The notes beneath the pieces were generated by a model. The model did not search any database and was not told the DNA's origin. It was given only the letters and a program-made list of their open reading frames with translations. This document shows, piece after piece, positions 19,124 to 28,889 of a stretch of DNA of 64,000 nt; the stretch's first letter is position 1, and the number at the start of each line of letters is the position of its first letter. The DNA is from an uncultured Leptospirales bacterium (GTDB lineage Bacteria > Spirochaetota > UBA4802 > JAKQUI01), in assembly GCA_964652955.1 (NCBI GenBank), contig CAZZCF010000006.1:10460-74459 (forward strand). Direction: 5' to 3'. Made by a program: the position numbers and the translations under genes.

Positions 19124-20334
19124 GCGCTATTCCCATCGATTATTCGTATATTCAGATTCATGAGAGCTCTTTCCGCCCTCCGCAGTGCCCGTGCTCTGCT
19201 TCGCGCGCTGGTAATAATCACACCGATGCGATCGTGATTGCTCACGGGTCTATCGGTCTGTGCGCCGAGAGGCTTGAGCATCTTCGAGAGAAGTATACCC
19301 TTCTCACCGGCGGGTGGAGGGGTGTAGGAGGCAAGGGTGCCCCGCTCCCCGGTTATGTACCTGACCGCAACTGCTCTCCGTACCTTTGCCTTCGGTGGAG
19401 TGAAAGGAAGGCCCGTAGCGGCATTCACCATCTCGCCGAAAAAATTGTATCCTGTCGCTGCTGGAATAAGCGTATCGGAGAGAAACTCGCCTCCAAACTC
19501 GGGAACTGCCTCGATGAGGGAGAGATTATCGTGATGGTCAACAATGAGCTCCATGATAAGCGGTGAAGCGCTGATTTCAAATCCCTCGCATATCCGCTGG
19601 CCCAGAACGCGGATGGGTTCCTTCAGGTGATCATATCGAGAGGGGGTTATGTGCATGATGTCAACAAAATATGGCGGAGGGGTCTTAATTTTATCCGTGA
19701 TACCGATGAGATGGTATCGCTTCCGGTGAATGATCCCGATTGCGATTATTTCATCACCTTCGAGGAATCGCTCAACAAGAAAACGTTCCCCTGCTTGAGG
19801 AGAGGGGATGCACTGCTCGAGCTCTGAGCGGTTCCGGAGAAGCTGAACCCCCCTCTTGGCGTGTCCGGTGACCGGCTTGATAACACAGGGAAGGAGATCG
19901 TGCTCAATTGCTTGAACGCTCAACCCGTCTACGACCCGGTAATCCGGTGTGGGGACACCGATCTCCTGAATGTTCATTTTCATTTTGGATTTATCTATAA
20001 AATCGTCAGTCCGGTCAAAGGGGATCATCGATATGCCGCACTGTTCGGCAATGAAGCTGACGGTCTTTATCGCCGGCCCGAAGGATCGGGAGAGCACCCC
20101 TTTTATGTCCTCGATGTCTATAAGCGCTTTCAGTTTCTGATAAATAGAATAGTACTCTTCAATGGATTCGTGAATGCGTATATCGCAGAGCATTAATCCG
20201 GGAGCAGCGGGATCCCGATCAATACCGATAACAGAAAATCCGCTCACCTTCGCCTCATGTATGAGCGGTATCTGATTGCTTCCTGCTCCGATTGATATAA
20301 AAAAGTTATGTTCAGTGCCGGTTTTGCCGCGCAT
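19120..20334 (-). CDS. ATP-grasp domain protein (carboxylate-amine/thiol ligase-like)
   Basis: 404 aa; ATP-grasp fold pattern with pre-ATP-grasp N-terminal domain; heads a three-gene minus-strand operon. Confidence 0.55.
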   Translation of the reverse strand: MRGKTGTEHNFFISIGAGSNQIPLIHEAKVSGFSVIGIDRDPAAPGLMLCDIRIHESIEEYYSIYQKLKALIDIEDIKGVLSRSFGPAIKTVSFIAEQCGISMIPFDRTDDFIDKSKMKMNIQEIGVPTPDYRVVDGLSVQAIEHDLLPCVIKPVTGHAKRGVQLLRNRSELEQCIPSPQAGERFLVERFLEGDEIIAIGIIHRKRYHLIGITDKIKTPPPYFVDIMHITPSRYDHLKEPIRVLGQRICEGFEISASPLIMELIVDHHDNLSLIEAVPEFGGEFLSDTLIPAATGYNFFGEMVNAATGLPFTPPKAKVRRAVAVRYITGERGTLASYTPPPAGEKGILLSKMLKPLGAQTDRPVSNHDRIGVIITSARSRARALRRAERALMNLNIRIIDGNSA

Positions 20335-20602
20335 GACTCTTCCTATTATGCTTTCGGCATTAATGGATTAAATAATAAGTTGCCGAATATGGTGTTTATT
20401 TGTCAAAATTTTTTGTAGACAGGCTTATTTCGGTTTATTATTATTAAGGGTGGACCCAAATGCATTTTGGGGGATTCCCCGCGTGAGCGGATTGAATGAA
20501 GAGTATAAAAACTGAATTTTTTAATTGATTTTAAATAAGGAATTCAATTTTTGGAAATATCCGTGTCATTGATATGAGGGTGAGAGGAGAAACATAAGGA
20601 TA

Positions 20603-21133
20603 ATGCTGTGCGAGAAATGTAAAAAGAGGGATGCGACCGTTCATCTTACCGAGGTGATAAAGAATGTAAAAACGGAGATCCATCTCTGTGAATGGTGTGC
20701 CAAGGATTTCGGATTGAATTCGAATCTATCGAATTTCTCACTTTCAGTTCCGGATATGTTGACCTTTCTCGATATAGAGGAGGTCGGCGATGTCGAAGAC
20801 TGCCGGGTATGTTCAACCTGTGGTATGACCTATATGGACTACAAGAAGGTTGGCAAGCTCGGCTGTTCAGACTGTTACCATTACCTGAAACCGGCATTGG
20901 ACTCGGTTATATGCGGATTTCATGGAGAGGAGAAGCATGTGGGGAAGGTCCCCCTGAAGTATGTTGACGTTGAATCGCCGAAGCGGGTCCTCCTGGCGAA
21001 AGATGAAAACCGAAAAGGGAAGGAACACAATACCGGTGAGCTGAGAAAGCGGCTCGATGCCGCTGTAAAGGATGAGCGATACGAAGACGCTGCACGGTTC
21101 CGAGATGCTTTACGGGAGATTGAGAGGGAGTAG
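20603..21133 (+). CDS. mcsA: McsA-like protein arginine kinase activator (zinc fingers plus UVR domain)
   Basis: N-terminal CxxC pairs (CEKCKK ... CEWC; CRVCSTCG ... CSDCY) and C-terminal UVR motif (ERYEDAARFRDALREIE); directly upstream of mcsB. Confidence 0.7.
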   Translation: MLCEKCKKRDATVHLTEVIKNVKTEIHLCEWCAKDFGLNSNLSNFSLSVPDMLTFLDIEEVGDVEDCRVCSTCGMTYMDYKKVGKLGCSDCYHYLKPALDSVICGFHGEEKHVGKVPLKYVDVESPKRVLLAKDENRKGKEHNTGELRKRLDAAVKDERYEDAARFRDALREIERE

Positions 21134-21140
21134 CGCGTTT

Positions 21141-22181
21141 ATGTTTGAGAATATGATAGAGAATCAGGGATTTTGGTCTCAGACGGGTCCCTATTCCGAT
21201 GTAGTCCTTTCGACGAGAGTTCGCATCGCACGAAACATGCCCGGCTTCCTCTTTCCCAATAAGATGGATCGTCGAAGTGTCGAACTGATTCATTCCATAG
21301 GAAAGCGATTTGTCGAGGATTCGGAGCTAAGTAGCGATCTGAGCTTTATTGACCTGCATGTGCTGGATGATAATGACAAGCGGTTCTTGCGGGAGCGGAA
21401 CTTAATCACCTATGAGATGGAAAAATCGAAAGATAGCGCAATTGTACTTGAAGGTGATGAGCAGTTTTCGATACTTATCAATGAAGAGGATCATTTCCGT
21501 ATACAGGTCATAAAACCCGGTTTCCAGATAATGGATGCGTATCGTCTTGCGGACAGAGTTGATGATGATTTGAATCGCTTTGCGTCCTATGCGTATTCTG
21601 ATGACCTCGGTTATCTGACAGCGTGTCCCTCCAACGTGGGAACCGGTTTGCGCGTCTCCTCAATGGTTCATCTGCCCATGCTCACCCTGCTCAACAGGAT
21701 ACCGGAAACGGGTAAGCTCATTCGCGATATGGGCTTTGTGTTGCGAGGGACCTCCGGTGACGATTATAAGACAGTTGGCTGCATGTATCTCATATCAAAT
21801 CGAATCTCGCTTGGCATTTCAGAGATAGACATCATCGAAGAGCTCGATGTAGTGACCTCGAAGGTCGTGGAATTGGAGAGCGAGCTCAGAGACAGCTATG
21901 TATCGGAGCAGGGGAATCACCTTGACGATAGAGTCTGGCGATCCTATGGGATTCTTCAATACTCCAGAAAGATGCATTTCCTTGAAGCGATGGAGCATCT
22001 CTCACATGTCAGACTGGGCATCATACTTTCAGTGGTTAAGAATATATCGTTATTTAAAATTAATGATCTCATGGTTAACATACAGCAATCGCATCTGCAA
22101 AAGATTGCAAATAAGGTTTTCGATGATACCACGGAGTGTGATATTTTCAGAGCTGAATATCTGAGAAAGCAGCTCAAGTGA
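21141..22181 (+). CDS. mcsB: protein arginine kinase McsB (ATP:guanido phosphotransferase)
   Basis: Phosphagen-kinase active-site signature CPSNVGTGLR; ATG 21141 lies 8 nt after the mcsA stop. Confidence 0.85.
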   Translation: MFENMIENQGFWSQTGPYSDVVLSTRVRIARNMPGFLFPNKMDRRSVELIHSIGKRFVEDSELSSDLSFIDLHVLDDNDKRFLRERNLITYEMEKSKDSAIVLEGDEQFSILINEEDHFRIQVIKPGFQIMDAYRLADRVDDDLNRFASYAYSDDLGYLTACPSNVGTGLRVSSMVHLPMLTLLNRIPETGKLIRDMGFVLRGTSGDDYKTVGCMYLISNRISLGISEIDIIEELDVVTSKVVELESELRDSYVSEQGNHLDDRVWRSYGILQYSRKMHFLEAMEHLSHVRLGIILSVVKNISLFKINDLMVNIQQSHLQKIANKVFDDTTECDIFRAEYLRKQLK

Positions 22182-22252
22182 ATGGTGTTCTCCAGAGACA
22201 CCCGTTGAATCGGCACCTGCACCGGTGCCATATAAGTTGAGGAGCGTTTCCT

Positions 22253-24733
22253 ATGTACGATTTCACAAAGCGATCACGAAAGGTTCTTGAGGTTTATGCT
22301 CAATCTGAAGGGAGACGGCTGAACGCCGATTCGCTCGGGCCCGAGCATATTCTTCTTGCCCTTTTAAAGGATACGGATTCAGTTGCTTCACGAATTCTGA
22401 AAAATCTCGGCGTGAATTTTGATGTCCTGAAGAAGAATATCGAGCAGGCGATACGCAAATCGGGCACGACCATTATACTCGGGAATATCCCTATCAGCGC
22501 CCGCTATAACAGGATAATTGAGATTGCACGGGATGAATCCCGGAAACTCAAGAATAATTATATCGGAACCGAGCATCTCCTCCTCGCCATTTTCAGGGAG
22601 GGAACCTGCGCGAGTATTGATAGTCTTATTAAAACAGGTATCGACTACAATGTCATCAGGGGTGAGGTGCTGAAGATTCTGGGGATTCACTCCAGTCTGC
22701 TCTCCGGCAAGAAGATTGAGGAGAAGAGCAAAACACCCACCCTCGATGAATTTGCTCAGGATCTCACGCAACTGGCAATAGAAAATAAGCTCGATCCGGT
22801 CATCGGGAGAAAAAAAGAAATTGATAGAGTTATACGGATACTCTCCCGAAAGACCAAGAACAATCCCGTTCTCATCGGTGAAGCCGGCGTTGGCAAGACA
22901 GCCATTGTAGAGGGGCTGGCGCAGAGAATCGTCGAAAAACAGGTGCCGGAACCGCTCCATAACAGGCGAGTACTTGCTCTTGACATGGCGGCGATTGTTG
23001 CCGGAACAAAGTATCGCGGTGAGTTCGAGGAGCGGCTCAAGCGTATCATGAAGGAGATCAAGGGGAGCAACAATGTTATCATCTTCATCGACGAATTGCA
23101 TACTATTATCGGCGCCGGAGCGGCAGAGGGTGCCATCGATGCTGCAAATATCTTAAAACCGGCACTTGCCCGCGGTGAGCTCCAGTGTATTGGCGCTACC
23201 ACGTTGAATGAATACAAAATGCATGTTGAAAAGGATGCTGCTCTTGAGAGAAGATTTCAGAGTGTTCAGGTTGATGAGCCAACTATCGATGAGGCGAATG
23301 AGATTATCATGGGCCTCCGGTACCGGTACGAGGAGCATCACAAGGTGAAATTTACTGATGAAGCGCTCCTGAAGGCGGTATCGCTCTCGTCCCGATATAT
23401 AACCGACAGGTATCTCCCCGATAAGGCAATCGATATCATCGATGAAGCTGGCTCAAAAGCACGTCTTGAGCACTGCGATAGGCCGGTGGACATTATCGGC
23501 CTCGAGGAAGAGATTCAGGTTCTCAATAACAGGAAAAATGATCTGGTGAAGTCTCAGGAATATGAGCAGGCAGCTGCGGTGCGTGATCTCATCAATGAGA
23601 AGAAAGTTCTCCTCACGAAGAAGATGAGTGACTGGCAGCAGAAGATCAATGAGTATCAGATCGTTGTTGATGCCGATCAGACAGCGACTATTGTCGCACA
23701 GTGGACGGGCATCCCGGTCGAGCGGCTTGAGGAGTCTGAAGCTGAGAAGCTGCTTCGAATCGAGGATGAGCTTCACAAGAGAATCATTGGCCAGGATGAT
23801 GCAATTACCGTTGTCAGCAAGGCGATACGGAGGTCGAGAACCGGTTTGCGGAGAGCGAACCGGCCAATCGGTTCCTTTATCTTTCTCGGTCCCACCGGTG
23901 TTGGCAAAACGGAATTGGCGAAGGCGCTCGCGGATTTTCTCTTCGATAATGATAATGCCCTTGTCAGGCTCGATATGTCTGAATATATGGAACGGCACTC
24001 GGTATCAAAGCTCGTCGGTGCTCCCCCGGGATATGTCGGATATGAGGAGGGGGGACAGCTTACCGAAAAGATTAAGCGGAAGCCCTTCTCGGTGATACTC
24101 TTTGATGAAATTGAGAAGGCGCATCCCGATGTGTTCAATATTCTACTGCAGGTTTTGGAAGAGGGAGAGCTGACCGATAATTTTGGTTCACATATCAGTT
24201 TCAGGGATACCATTGTCATCATGACATCGAATGTCGGGAACCGGGAGTTCCAGAGAATGGGCAAGATGGGATTCTCCTCAACCGATACGGTCAGCAATGA
24301 TGAGCGGGAGAAGGTTTTTGACGAGATGAAGGGTCTTTTCAGCCCCGAATTTTTAAATCGCGTTGATGAGGTCGTTTATTTCCATAAGTTGAACAGGAAA
24401 CACATACGCGAGATTGTGAACCTCATGCTTCAGGAGGTCAATGAACGCGTTGTCGAGATTGGCCTTGAGCTTGAGTATTCCAGCAGGGTGAGGAACTTTC
24501 TGGCCAATAAGGGCTTCGATGATAAATTTGGTGCTCGATATCTCCGGCGGGCCATACAGAGCGAAATTGAGGATAAGCTCGCCCTTGAAATGCTTGAAGG
24601 CAAATGCAGAGATTCGAAAAAGCTCTTTGTCGGGATGAAAGGCAAGTCACTCTACTTTAAACCGCTTGAGGAGAAGGGGGAAATGGAGTGTGATGATCTC
24701 ACCTCCAAGGAAGAGGTCAATATTGTCAAGTAG
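22253..24733 (+). CDS. clpC: ATP-dependent Clp protease ATP-binding subunit ClpC (two AAA+ modules, Clp_N repeats, UVR linker)
   Basis: Clp_N repeats at the N-terminus; Walker A GEAGVGKT and GPTGVGKT; UVR-like middle region; 826 aa. Confidence 0.9.
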   Translation: MYDFTKRSRKVLEVYAQSEGRRLNADSLGPEHILLALLKDTDSVASRILKNLGVNFDVLKKNIEQAIRKSGTTIILGNIPISARYNRIIEIARDESRKLKNNYIGTEHLLLAIFREGTCASIDSLIKTGIDYNVIRGEVLKILGIHSSLLSGKKIEEKSKTPTLDEFAQDLTQLAIENKLDPVIGRKKEIDRVIRILSRKTKNNPVLIGEAGVGKTAIVEGLAQRIVEKQVPEPLHNRRVLALDMAAIVAGTKYRGEFEERLKRIMKEIKGSNNVIIFIDELHTIIGAGAAEGAIDAANILKPALARGELQCIGATTLNEYKMHVEKDAALERRFQSVQVDEPTIDEANEIIMGLRYRYEEHHKVKFTDEALLKAVSLSSRYITDRYLPDKAIDIIDEAGSKARLEHCDRPVDIIGLEEEIQVLNNRKNDLVKSQEYEQAAAVRDLINEKKVLLTKKMSDWQQKINEYQIVVDADQTATIVAQWTGIPVERLEESEAEKLLRIEDELHKRIIGQDDAITVVSKAIRRSRTGLRRANRPIGSFIFLGPTGVGKTELAKALADFLFDNDNALVRLDMSEYMERHSVSKLVGAPPGYVGYEEGGQLTEKIKRKPFSVILFDEIEKAHPDVFNILLQVLEEGELTDNFGSHISFRDTIVIMTSNVGNREFQRMGKMGFSSTDTVSNDEREKVFDEMKGLFSPEFLNRVDEVVYFHKLNRKHIREIVNLMLQEVNERVVEIGLELEYSSRVRNFLANKGFDDKFGARYLRRAIQSEIEDKLALEMLEGKCRDSKKLFVGMKGKSLYFKPLEEKGEMECDDLTSKEEVNIVK

Positions 24734-24927
24734 TGAACACGCCCCTTAATCTGCGGACCCCCGGGTGCCTCTCTCGAATCGTACCATGATACTCTTTCCT
24801 CATGCTGCAGTTGTTACCCGATAGCCACCGATGTCAGATATTCCGAGATTACTCGTTGCTGATTTCTGAGCTGTGTGCCTCGGGACTTCCGCCCGGTTCG
24901 GGGGTAAGCGAGTTGTCCGCGTTCATC

Positions 24928-25746
24928 CTAGAGAAAGATGAGAAATCTTCCGCAGTGCGTGCATATGGAGATGGTGCTGGTATGCTTGTTCTGATTGAAG
25001 TATATCGGAGGTATCTCCATGTGGCAACCGGTACAGGTGTTTTTCTCAACGATGGCGAAGGGATTCTGACACTTCTTCCTCATTCGCTCGTAGTAAGTAA
25101 GGGATCGATTGTCTATGAGATTTTTTAGCTCATCAATTTTTTTTACTATTGACTCGGAGGTATCGCCCCTATCGTAAAGTTCATACAGGCGGTCGAGCCT
25201 GATGAGCAGGTCGAGATTGGATGAGGGGACTCCCGATAGAAGCTCCTTTTCGTCAGCAGTATACGTATCCATCTCCGAGATGGTGGCAAAGTAATCCTTT
25301 GCCTGCTTTTTCAGGACGGCAAAGATCTTTGCCGGAGTACCTGCGGCTTCGATTTCGCTCTTCTTTTCCTTGTCTGAGAAGATGCGTGCAATCATCCCGA
25401 CGAGGTAGAGGTATCTCGTACTTAACTCCGTGGGGAAAATGCTCAGAAGGAGATACTTGACCGGCTTTTTATCATATGAGTTATACTCAATCCCCTTTTC
25501 TGAGATGCCCAGAATGGTAAGAAAATCCGAAACTGAATCTGTTCTGGCGTGCGGAATAGCAACTTCGTTTCCGATTCCCGTGTTCTCCAGAGACTCCCGG
25601 TGTATGACCTGCGCATAGAATCGGTCAATGTTGTCAATAAGGCCGAGCTTCTCAAGTTTTTGAACCATCTCTTTTATGACCAGCTGCTTTTCGGTATTTT
25701 TAACGGATATGATCTGTTTTTTATCGATAAGATTTTCTAAGTCCAT
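24928..25746 (-). CDS. PTS EIIA type-2 (PtsN/EIIA-Ntr-like) domain fused to a C-terminal C4 zinc ribbon of the zf-RING_7/COG1579 (HP0958-like) type
   Basis: EIIA-2 active-site region GNEVAIPHAR; C-terminal CTGCHMEIPP ... ICTHCGRFL matching the zf-RING_7 pattern; coiled-coil linker. Confidence 0.55.
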   Translation of the reverse strand: MDLENLIDKKQIISVKNTEKQLVIKEMVQKLEKLGLIDNIDRFYAQVIHRESLENTGIGNEVAIPHARTDSVSDFLTILGISEKGIEYNSYDKKPVKYLLLSIFPTELSTRYLYLVGMIARIFSDKEKKSEIEAAGTPAKIFAVLKKQAKDYFATISEMDTYTADEKELLSGVPSSNLDLLIRLDRLYELYDRGDTSESIVKKIDELKNLIDNRSLTYYERMRKKCQNPFAIVEKNTCTGCHMEIPPIYFNQNKHTSTISICTHCGRFLIFL

Positions 25747-25893
25747 TATTTACATTAACTCCCCGAGCGCGGAATACTCCATTATGAATGGATACTTTGA
25801 TGCGGAAATAGAATGGATGCAAAACTGTTGTTCTTTCACTTCGTTATGAACATATACGAGAAGGTAAGAGTGATGAATTGATAAGAAAAACAT

Positions 25894-25968
25894 TCGGGGC
25901 GGGGAGATTTGAACTCCCGACCCCATGACCCCCAGTCATGTGCGCTAACCGGACTGCGCTACGCCCCG
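25894..25968 (-). tRNA. tRNA-Pro (anticodon GGG)
   Basis: Manual cloverleaf: acceptor CGGGGCG/CGCCCCG (7 bp), D-stem GCGC, anticodon stem CATGA/TCATG with loop CUGGGGG, T-stem GGGAG/CUCCC with T-loop UUCAAAU; CCA not encoded. Confidence 0.85.
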
Positions 25969-26075
25969 ATCGATTCACTGAACAGAATATAAAGAGGGGG
26001 TGATTGGTGTAAAGAAAAATTTGATTATTACCCTTTAAAAATGTACCTCTTTTCGGGAGAGGAAGCTCTCACCGC

Positions 26076-26714
26076 TTACTTGAATATATCCCCCGTCTCT
26101 TTGAACCAGAATACGAAGTCGAGATGATTCAGGGGTATTGCGATATCTTTCGAAAAGCTCATCAGCCTGGCTTCAGTCTCGATGTATTGTCGTGCTGATA
26201 TGCTGCCGGGAATACTGTTGATGATGCCGAGGGCTTTCATATTTTTTAAAATGTGACGGTCGAGGATTGCTATCCCATCTCCGAATCCGATGTTTCTCAG
26301 GAAGTGGCTCGCTTCCTTGTATCCCATCCCCTTTATCCGGTGCACCAGCCACTCCCTTTTCTGATGTACGTTCCTCAGTGCCATAAGCGGAGATCTGACG
26401 ATAAGCCTCTCGTTCCGGGTGAAAAAGTCTCGCGCTTCGGTGATATACTTCGATTTCTTGTTCTTGAATCGAACGATGTGAATTTTATCTCTTATATCAT
26501 CAGCGCATCCATGGAAAAGGGTATCCCCCGCGAGGAGGAGCTCAACCGCTTTCCAGCAGGTTCTCGCTTTCGATTGTGGAGTGAGCAGACAGAATGCGAG
26601 TTCAACGAAGAGATCCTCGTCAGAACCGGTTTCCCGGATGGTTTCAAAGTCCTGCAGGCGGGATTCAATCTGCCTTCTGATGGAACAGTAAATGCTCTTT
26701 AGAGTCGCCAGCAC
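26076..26714 (-). CDS. ogg: 8-oxoguanine DNA glycosylase / N-glycosylase-DNA lyase (Ogg, HhH-GPD superfamily, archaeal/Thermotoga type)
   Basis: HhH-GPD region IKGMGYKEASHFLRNIGFGDGIAILDRH; 212 aa typical of Ogg2-type enzymes. Confidence 0.65.
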   Translation of the reverse strand: MLATLKSIYCSIRRQIESRLQDFETIRETGSDEDLFVELAFCLLTPQSKARTCWKAVELLLAGDTLFHGCADDIRDKIHIVRFKNKKSKYITEARDFFTRNERLIVRSPLMALRNVHQKREWLVHRIKGMGYKEASHFLRNIGFGDGIAILDRHILKNMKALGIINSIPGSISARQYIETEARLMSFSKDIAIPLNHLDFVFWFKETGDIFK

Positions 26715-27002
26715 TCACTTACCTTCAATTTTTTTGAGAAAGTGATAGCCGCTATGGGTCAGGATGAGCTTTCCCGGGAATTTCTCCTCGAGCATTTCGA
26801 GATACTGGCGGTCACTGATGAGCTCTTTCAATACCGATTCCCTTTCGCTCTCGGGCACGATGTCCTTTAGGGTCGAAATGCCGATAGTGGCACCTGCCCT
26901 GAGATCACGAAACCGGTCGATGAACTCCTGTAAAAGCATTTTCGCGTAATAGCTTAATTCTTCGCCCATCTGACCTCCTCGATGCGCCGCATTTATTTTC
27001 AC
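26715..27002 (-). CDS. hypothetical protein (95 aa), translationally coupled to ogg
   Basis: ORF abuts the ogg start; no recognisable motif. Confidence 0.35.
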   Translation of the reverse strand: MKINAAHRGGQMGEELSYYAKMLLQEFIDRFRDLRAGATIGISTLKDIVPESERESVLKELISDRQYLEMLEEKFPGKLILTHSGYHFLKKIEGK

Positions 27003-27239
27003 CGTTCACACGCATACTCTTCGGTAGTTCACTGATGGAACTCATCTCTCCACACTGTCGCTGCTGATGACTGCATTGTCAACCCTTTTCATTTTCACGA
27101 GTTTTTGGTAAGATTTTCGTGAAATGCGAGTCACCCGATAGGCGGCGGATTTTTTATGTCACATAGAAAATTCTCTTATGCTTTTTCAGAAATATCCGAC
27201 AAGAATAGTAAGGAGAAATTATAACTATGTGGAGACATT

Positions 27240-27668
27240 ATGTTTGAGCACAGCGGATTGATGAAAACCAATTATCTCCTCGAGCGTGCGCTGGATACGG
27301 AATCGCTGAGGAGGAAGGTCATTGCCAATAATATCGCCAATGTTGATGTCCCTCATTTCAAACGGAGTGAGGTCAACTTTGAGAGCGAACTGAAACGGGT
27401 CATAAATGAAAACCAGCGGCAGGACAATCGATATCCTGCACTCATGACCGATTCCAAACACATCCCCTTTTACCGGATACGGGATGTCAGAGATATACGG
27501 CCGAGAATTAATCTCGATTATAATACCACCTATCGCAATGACGGGAATAACGTTGATATCGAGAAGGAGATGGTTGATGCAGCAAAGAATCAGATGCGAT
27601 ATAATGCCCTGATCTCCAACCTCTCCCATAACTACCGATTGCTCAAGCTTGTAACGAGATCAGTATAA
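27240..27668 (+). CDS. flgB: flagellar basal-body rod protein FlgB
   Basis: N-terminal rod motif (ANNIANVDVPHFKR) and C-terminal rod segment; first gene of the flagellar operon. Confidence 0.9.
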   Translation: MFEHSGLMKTNYLLERALDTESLRRKVIANNIANVDVPHFKRSEVNFESELKRVINENQRQDNRYPALMTDSKHIPFYRIRDVRDIRPRINLDYNTTYRNDGNNVDIEKEMVDAAKNQMRYNALISNLSHNYRLLKLVTRSV

Positions 27669-27681
27669 GAGGTGATGTAGA

Positions 27682-28146
27682 ATGGGTATGTTTGATAGCT
27701 TCAATATAGCGTCTACCGGCCTTACCGCTCAGCGATTGAGGATGGATCTGATAAGCAATAATATTGCCAATGCCACGACAACGAGAACACCGGAGGGTGG
27801 TCCGTACCGACGGAAGAGGGCGATTTTCGCTCCGGTAAATGTACGGCCTTTTTACAAATCGCCTCTGGTTCCCAACAGAATTGAGCATGGCGTCGGCAGG
27901 GGGGTTCGGGTTATCAAAATAGAAGATGACAAAACACCGTTGCGTCTTATGTACGATCCCGGCCATCCCGATGCCATAAAGAGCGGTCCGAAAAAGGGAT
28001 ATGTCGAGATGCCCAATGTTAATATTGTCATGGAGATGACTGATCTCATCTCGGCCTCCCGATCATATGAGGCGAATGTGATGATGATAAATAATGCGAA
28101 GTCAATGTTTGGCCGTGCGCTCGATCTGGGGAGACCCGGAGTATAA
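27682..28146 (+). CDS. flgC: flagellar basal-body rod protein FlgC
   Basis: FlgC motifs (SNNIANATTTRTPEGGPYRRK ... GYVEMPNVN ... EMTDLISASRSYEANV). Confidence 0.9.
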   Translation: MGMFDSFNIASTGLTAQRLRMDLISNNIANATTTRTPEGGPYRRKRAIFAPVNVRPFYKSPLVPNRIEHGVGRGVRVIKIEDDKTPLRLMYDPGHPDAIKSGPKKGYVEMPNVNIVMEMTDLISASRSYEANVMMINNAKSMFGRALDLGRPGV

Positions 28147-28159
28147 GAGGAGGTAGCAT

Positions 28160-28297
28160 ATGTATATAGAGAAGATCGGAAAGATGGAGATACATATCAG
28201 CCACGAGTTCTCGAATCGGGAGAATTCTAAAAGGGGTTTGGTTTCAAAGGAACTGAGTAAAGAACCCTTTATGTACACGATAGTAGAAACAAGATAA
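28160..28297 (+). CDS. candidate small ORF (45 aa, MYIEKIGKMEIHISHEFSNRENSKRGLVSKELSKEPFMYTIVETR) between flgC and fliE
   Basis: Strong SD (AGAGGAGG) 7 nt upstream of ATG 28160; not in the supplied ORF track because it is under 60 aa. Confidence 0.3.
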   Translation: MYIEKIGKMEIHISHEFSNRENSKRGLVSKELSKEPFMYTIVETR

Positions 28298-28315
28298 TGC
28301 ATGAGGAGTATTGTG

Positions 28316-28645
28316 ATGAAGGCTTTTTTTAATCCCTTTGATAATGGAAGCATGGTTGCCATGAGGGCAACACATCCGCTTCACTTTACCGACGCAAAGC
28401 GTGAGAAACCTGACGATGATGTGTCCACCTCCTTCGCTGAGGTTCTGAAAGGAGCTATCAACAAGGTGAACAATCTGCAGGTGGAATCGGAGCAGTTGAC
28501 GCAGAAGATGATCTATGAGCCGGAATCGGTTGACATCCATACGGTTATGATAGCCGCACAGAAGGCTGAGATTGCCCTGAGTCTCTCCAAATCGGTGAGA
28601 GATGAGGCGATCCGGGCATTTCGTGAGCTCATGAACCTGAGGTAG
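28316..28645 (+). CDS. fliE: flagellar hook-basal body protein FliE
   Basis: FliE-like sequence (SFAEVLKGAINKVNNLQVESEQL ... MIAAQKAEIALSL); start set at ATG 28316 (RBS GAGGAG) rather than 28301. Confidence 0.8.
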   Translation: MKAFFNPFDNGSMVAMRATHPLHFTDAKREKPDDDVSTSFAEVLKGAINKVNNLQVESEQLTQKMIYEPESVDIHTVMIAAQKAEIALSLSKSVRDEAIRAFRELMNLR

Positions 28646-28889
28646 TAAAAGCACCGGAGCGCTCTTGCGTGCTTTACCCTCATGCGAAAACCATGTACCG
28701 GAATGGGGAGATGAGAACAGAAAAACACAATATCAATTTTTTTGTATATTTTTTATTTTTTACTTTACATTTTTATTATTTTGTTCTAATAGTGTATTAT
28801 GTCACTTTAAAAATTTTTATGATTGTCTTTAGCTTTACTGATGACGGTCATGTATCATTTTATTTCTCCTCGGATTGTGGGAGGGAACC

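Noticed and set aside
20400-20425. CtsR operator upstream of mcsA
   Set aside because: Only one half-site (TGTCAAA) approximates the heptad and the second repeat is poor. No ctsR gene is in the window. Kept only as a low-confidence regulatory note.
22388-23217. Long antisense ORFs inside clpC (237 aa and 153 aa). The same applies to those inside fliI (33214-34023), RamA (14104-14772), fadD (57603-58319), hbd (54589-55356) and the NMO gene (53222-53965).
   Set aside because: They lie entirely within well-supported sense genes, have no RBS, and have low-complexity translations typical of antisense frames.
25894-25968. tRNA-Pro as an integration site for a genomic island
   Set aside because: There is no integrase, no direct repeat of the tRNA 3' end, and no compositional shift in the flanks.
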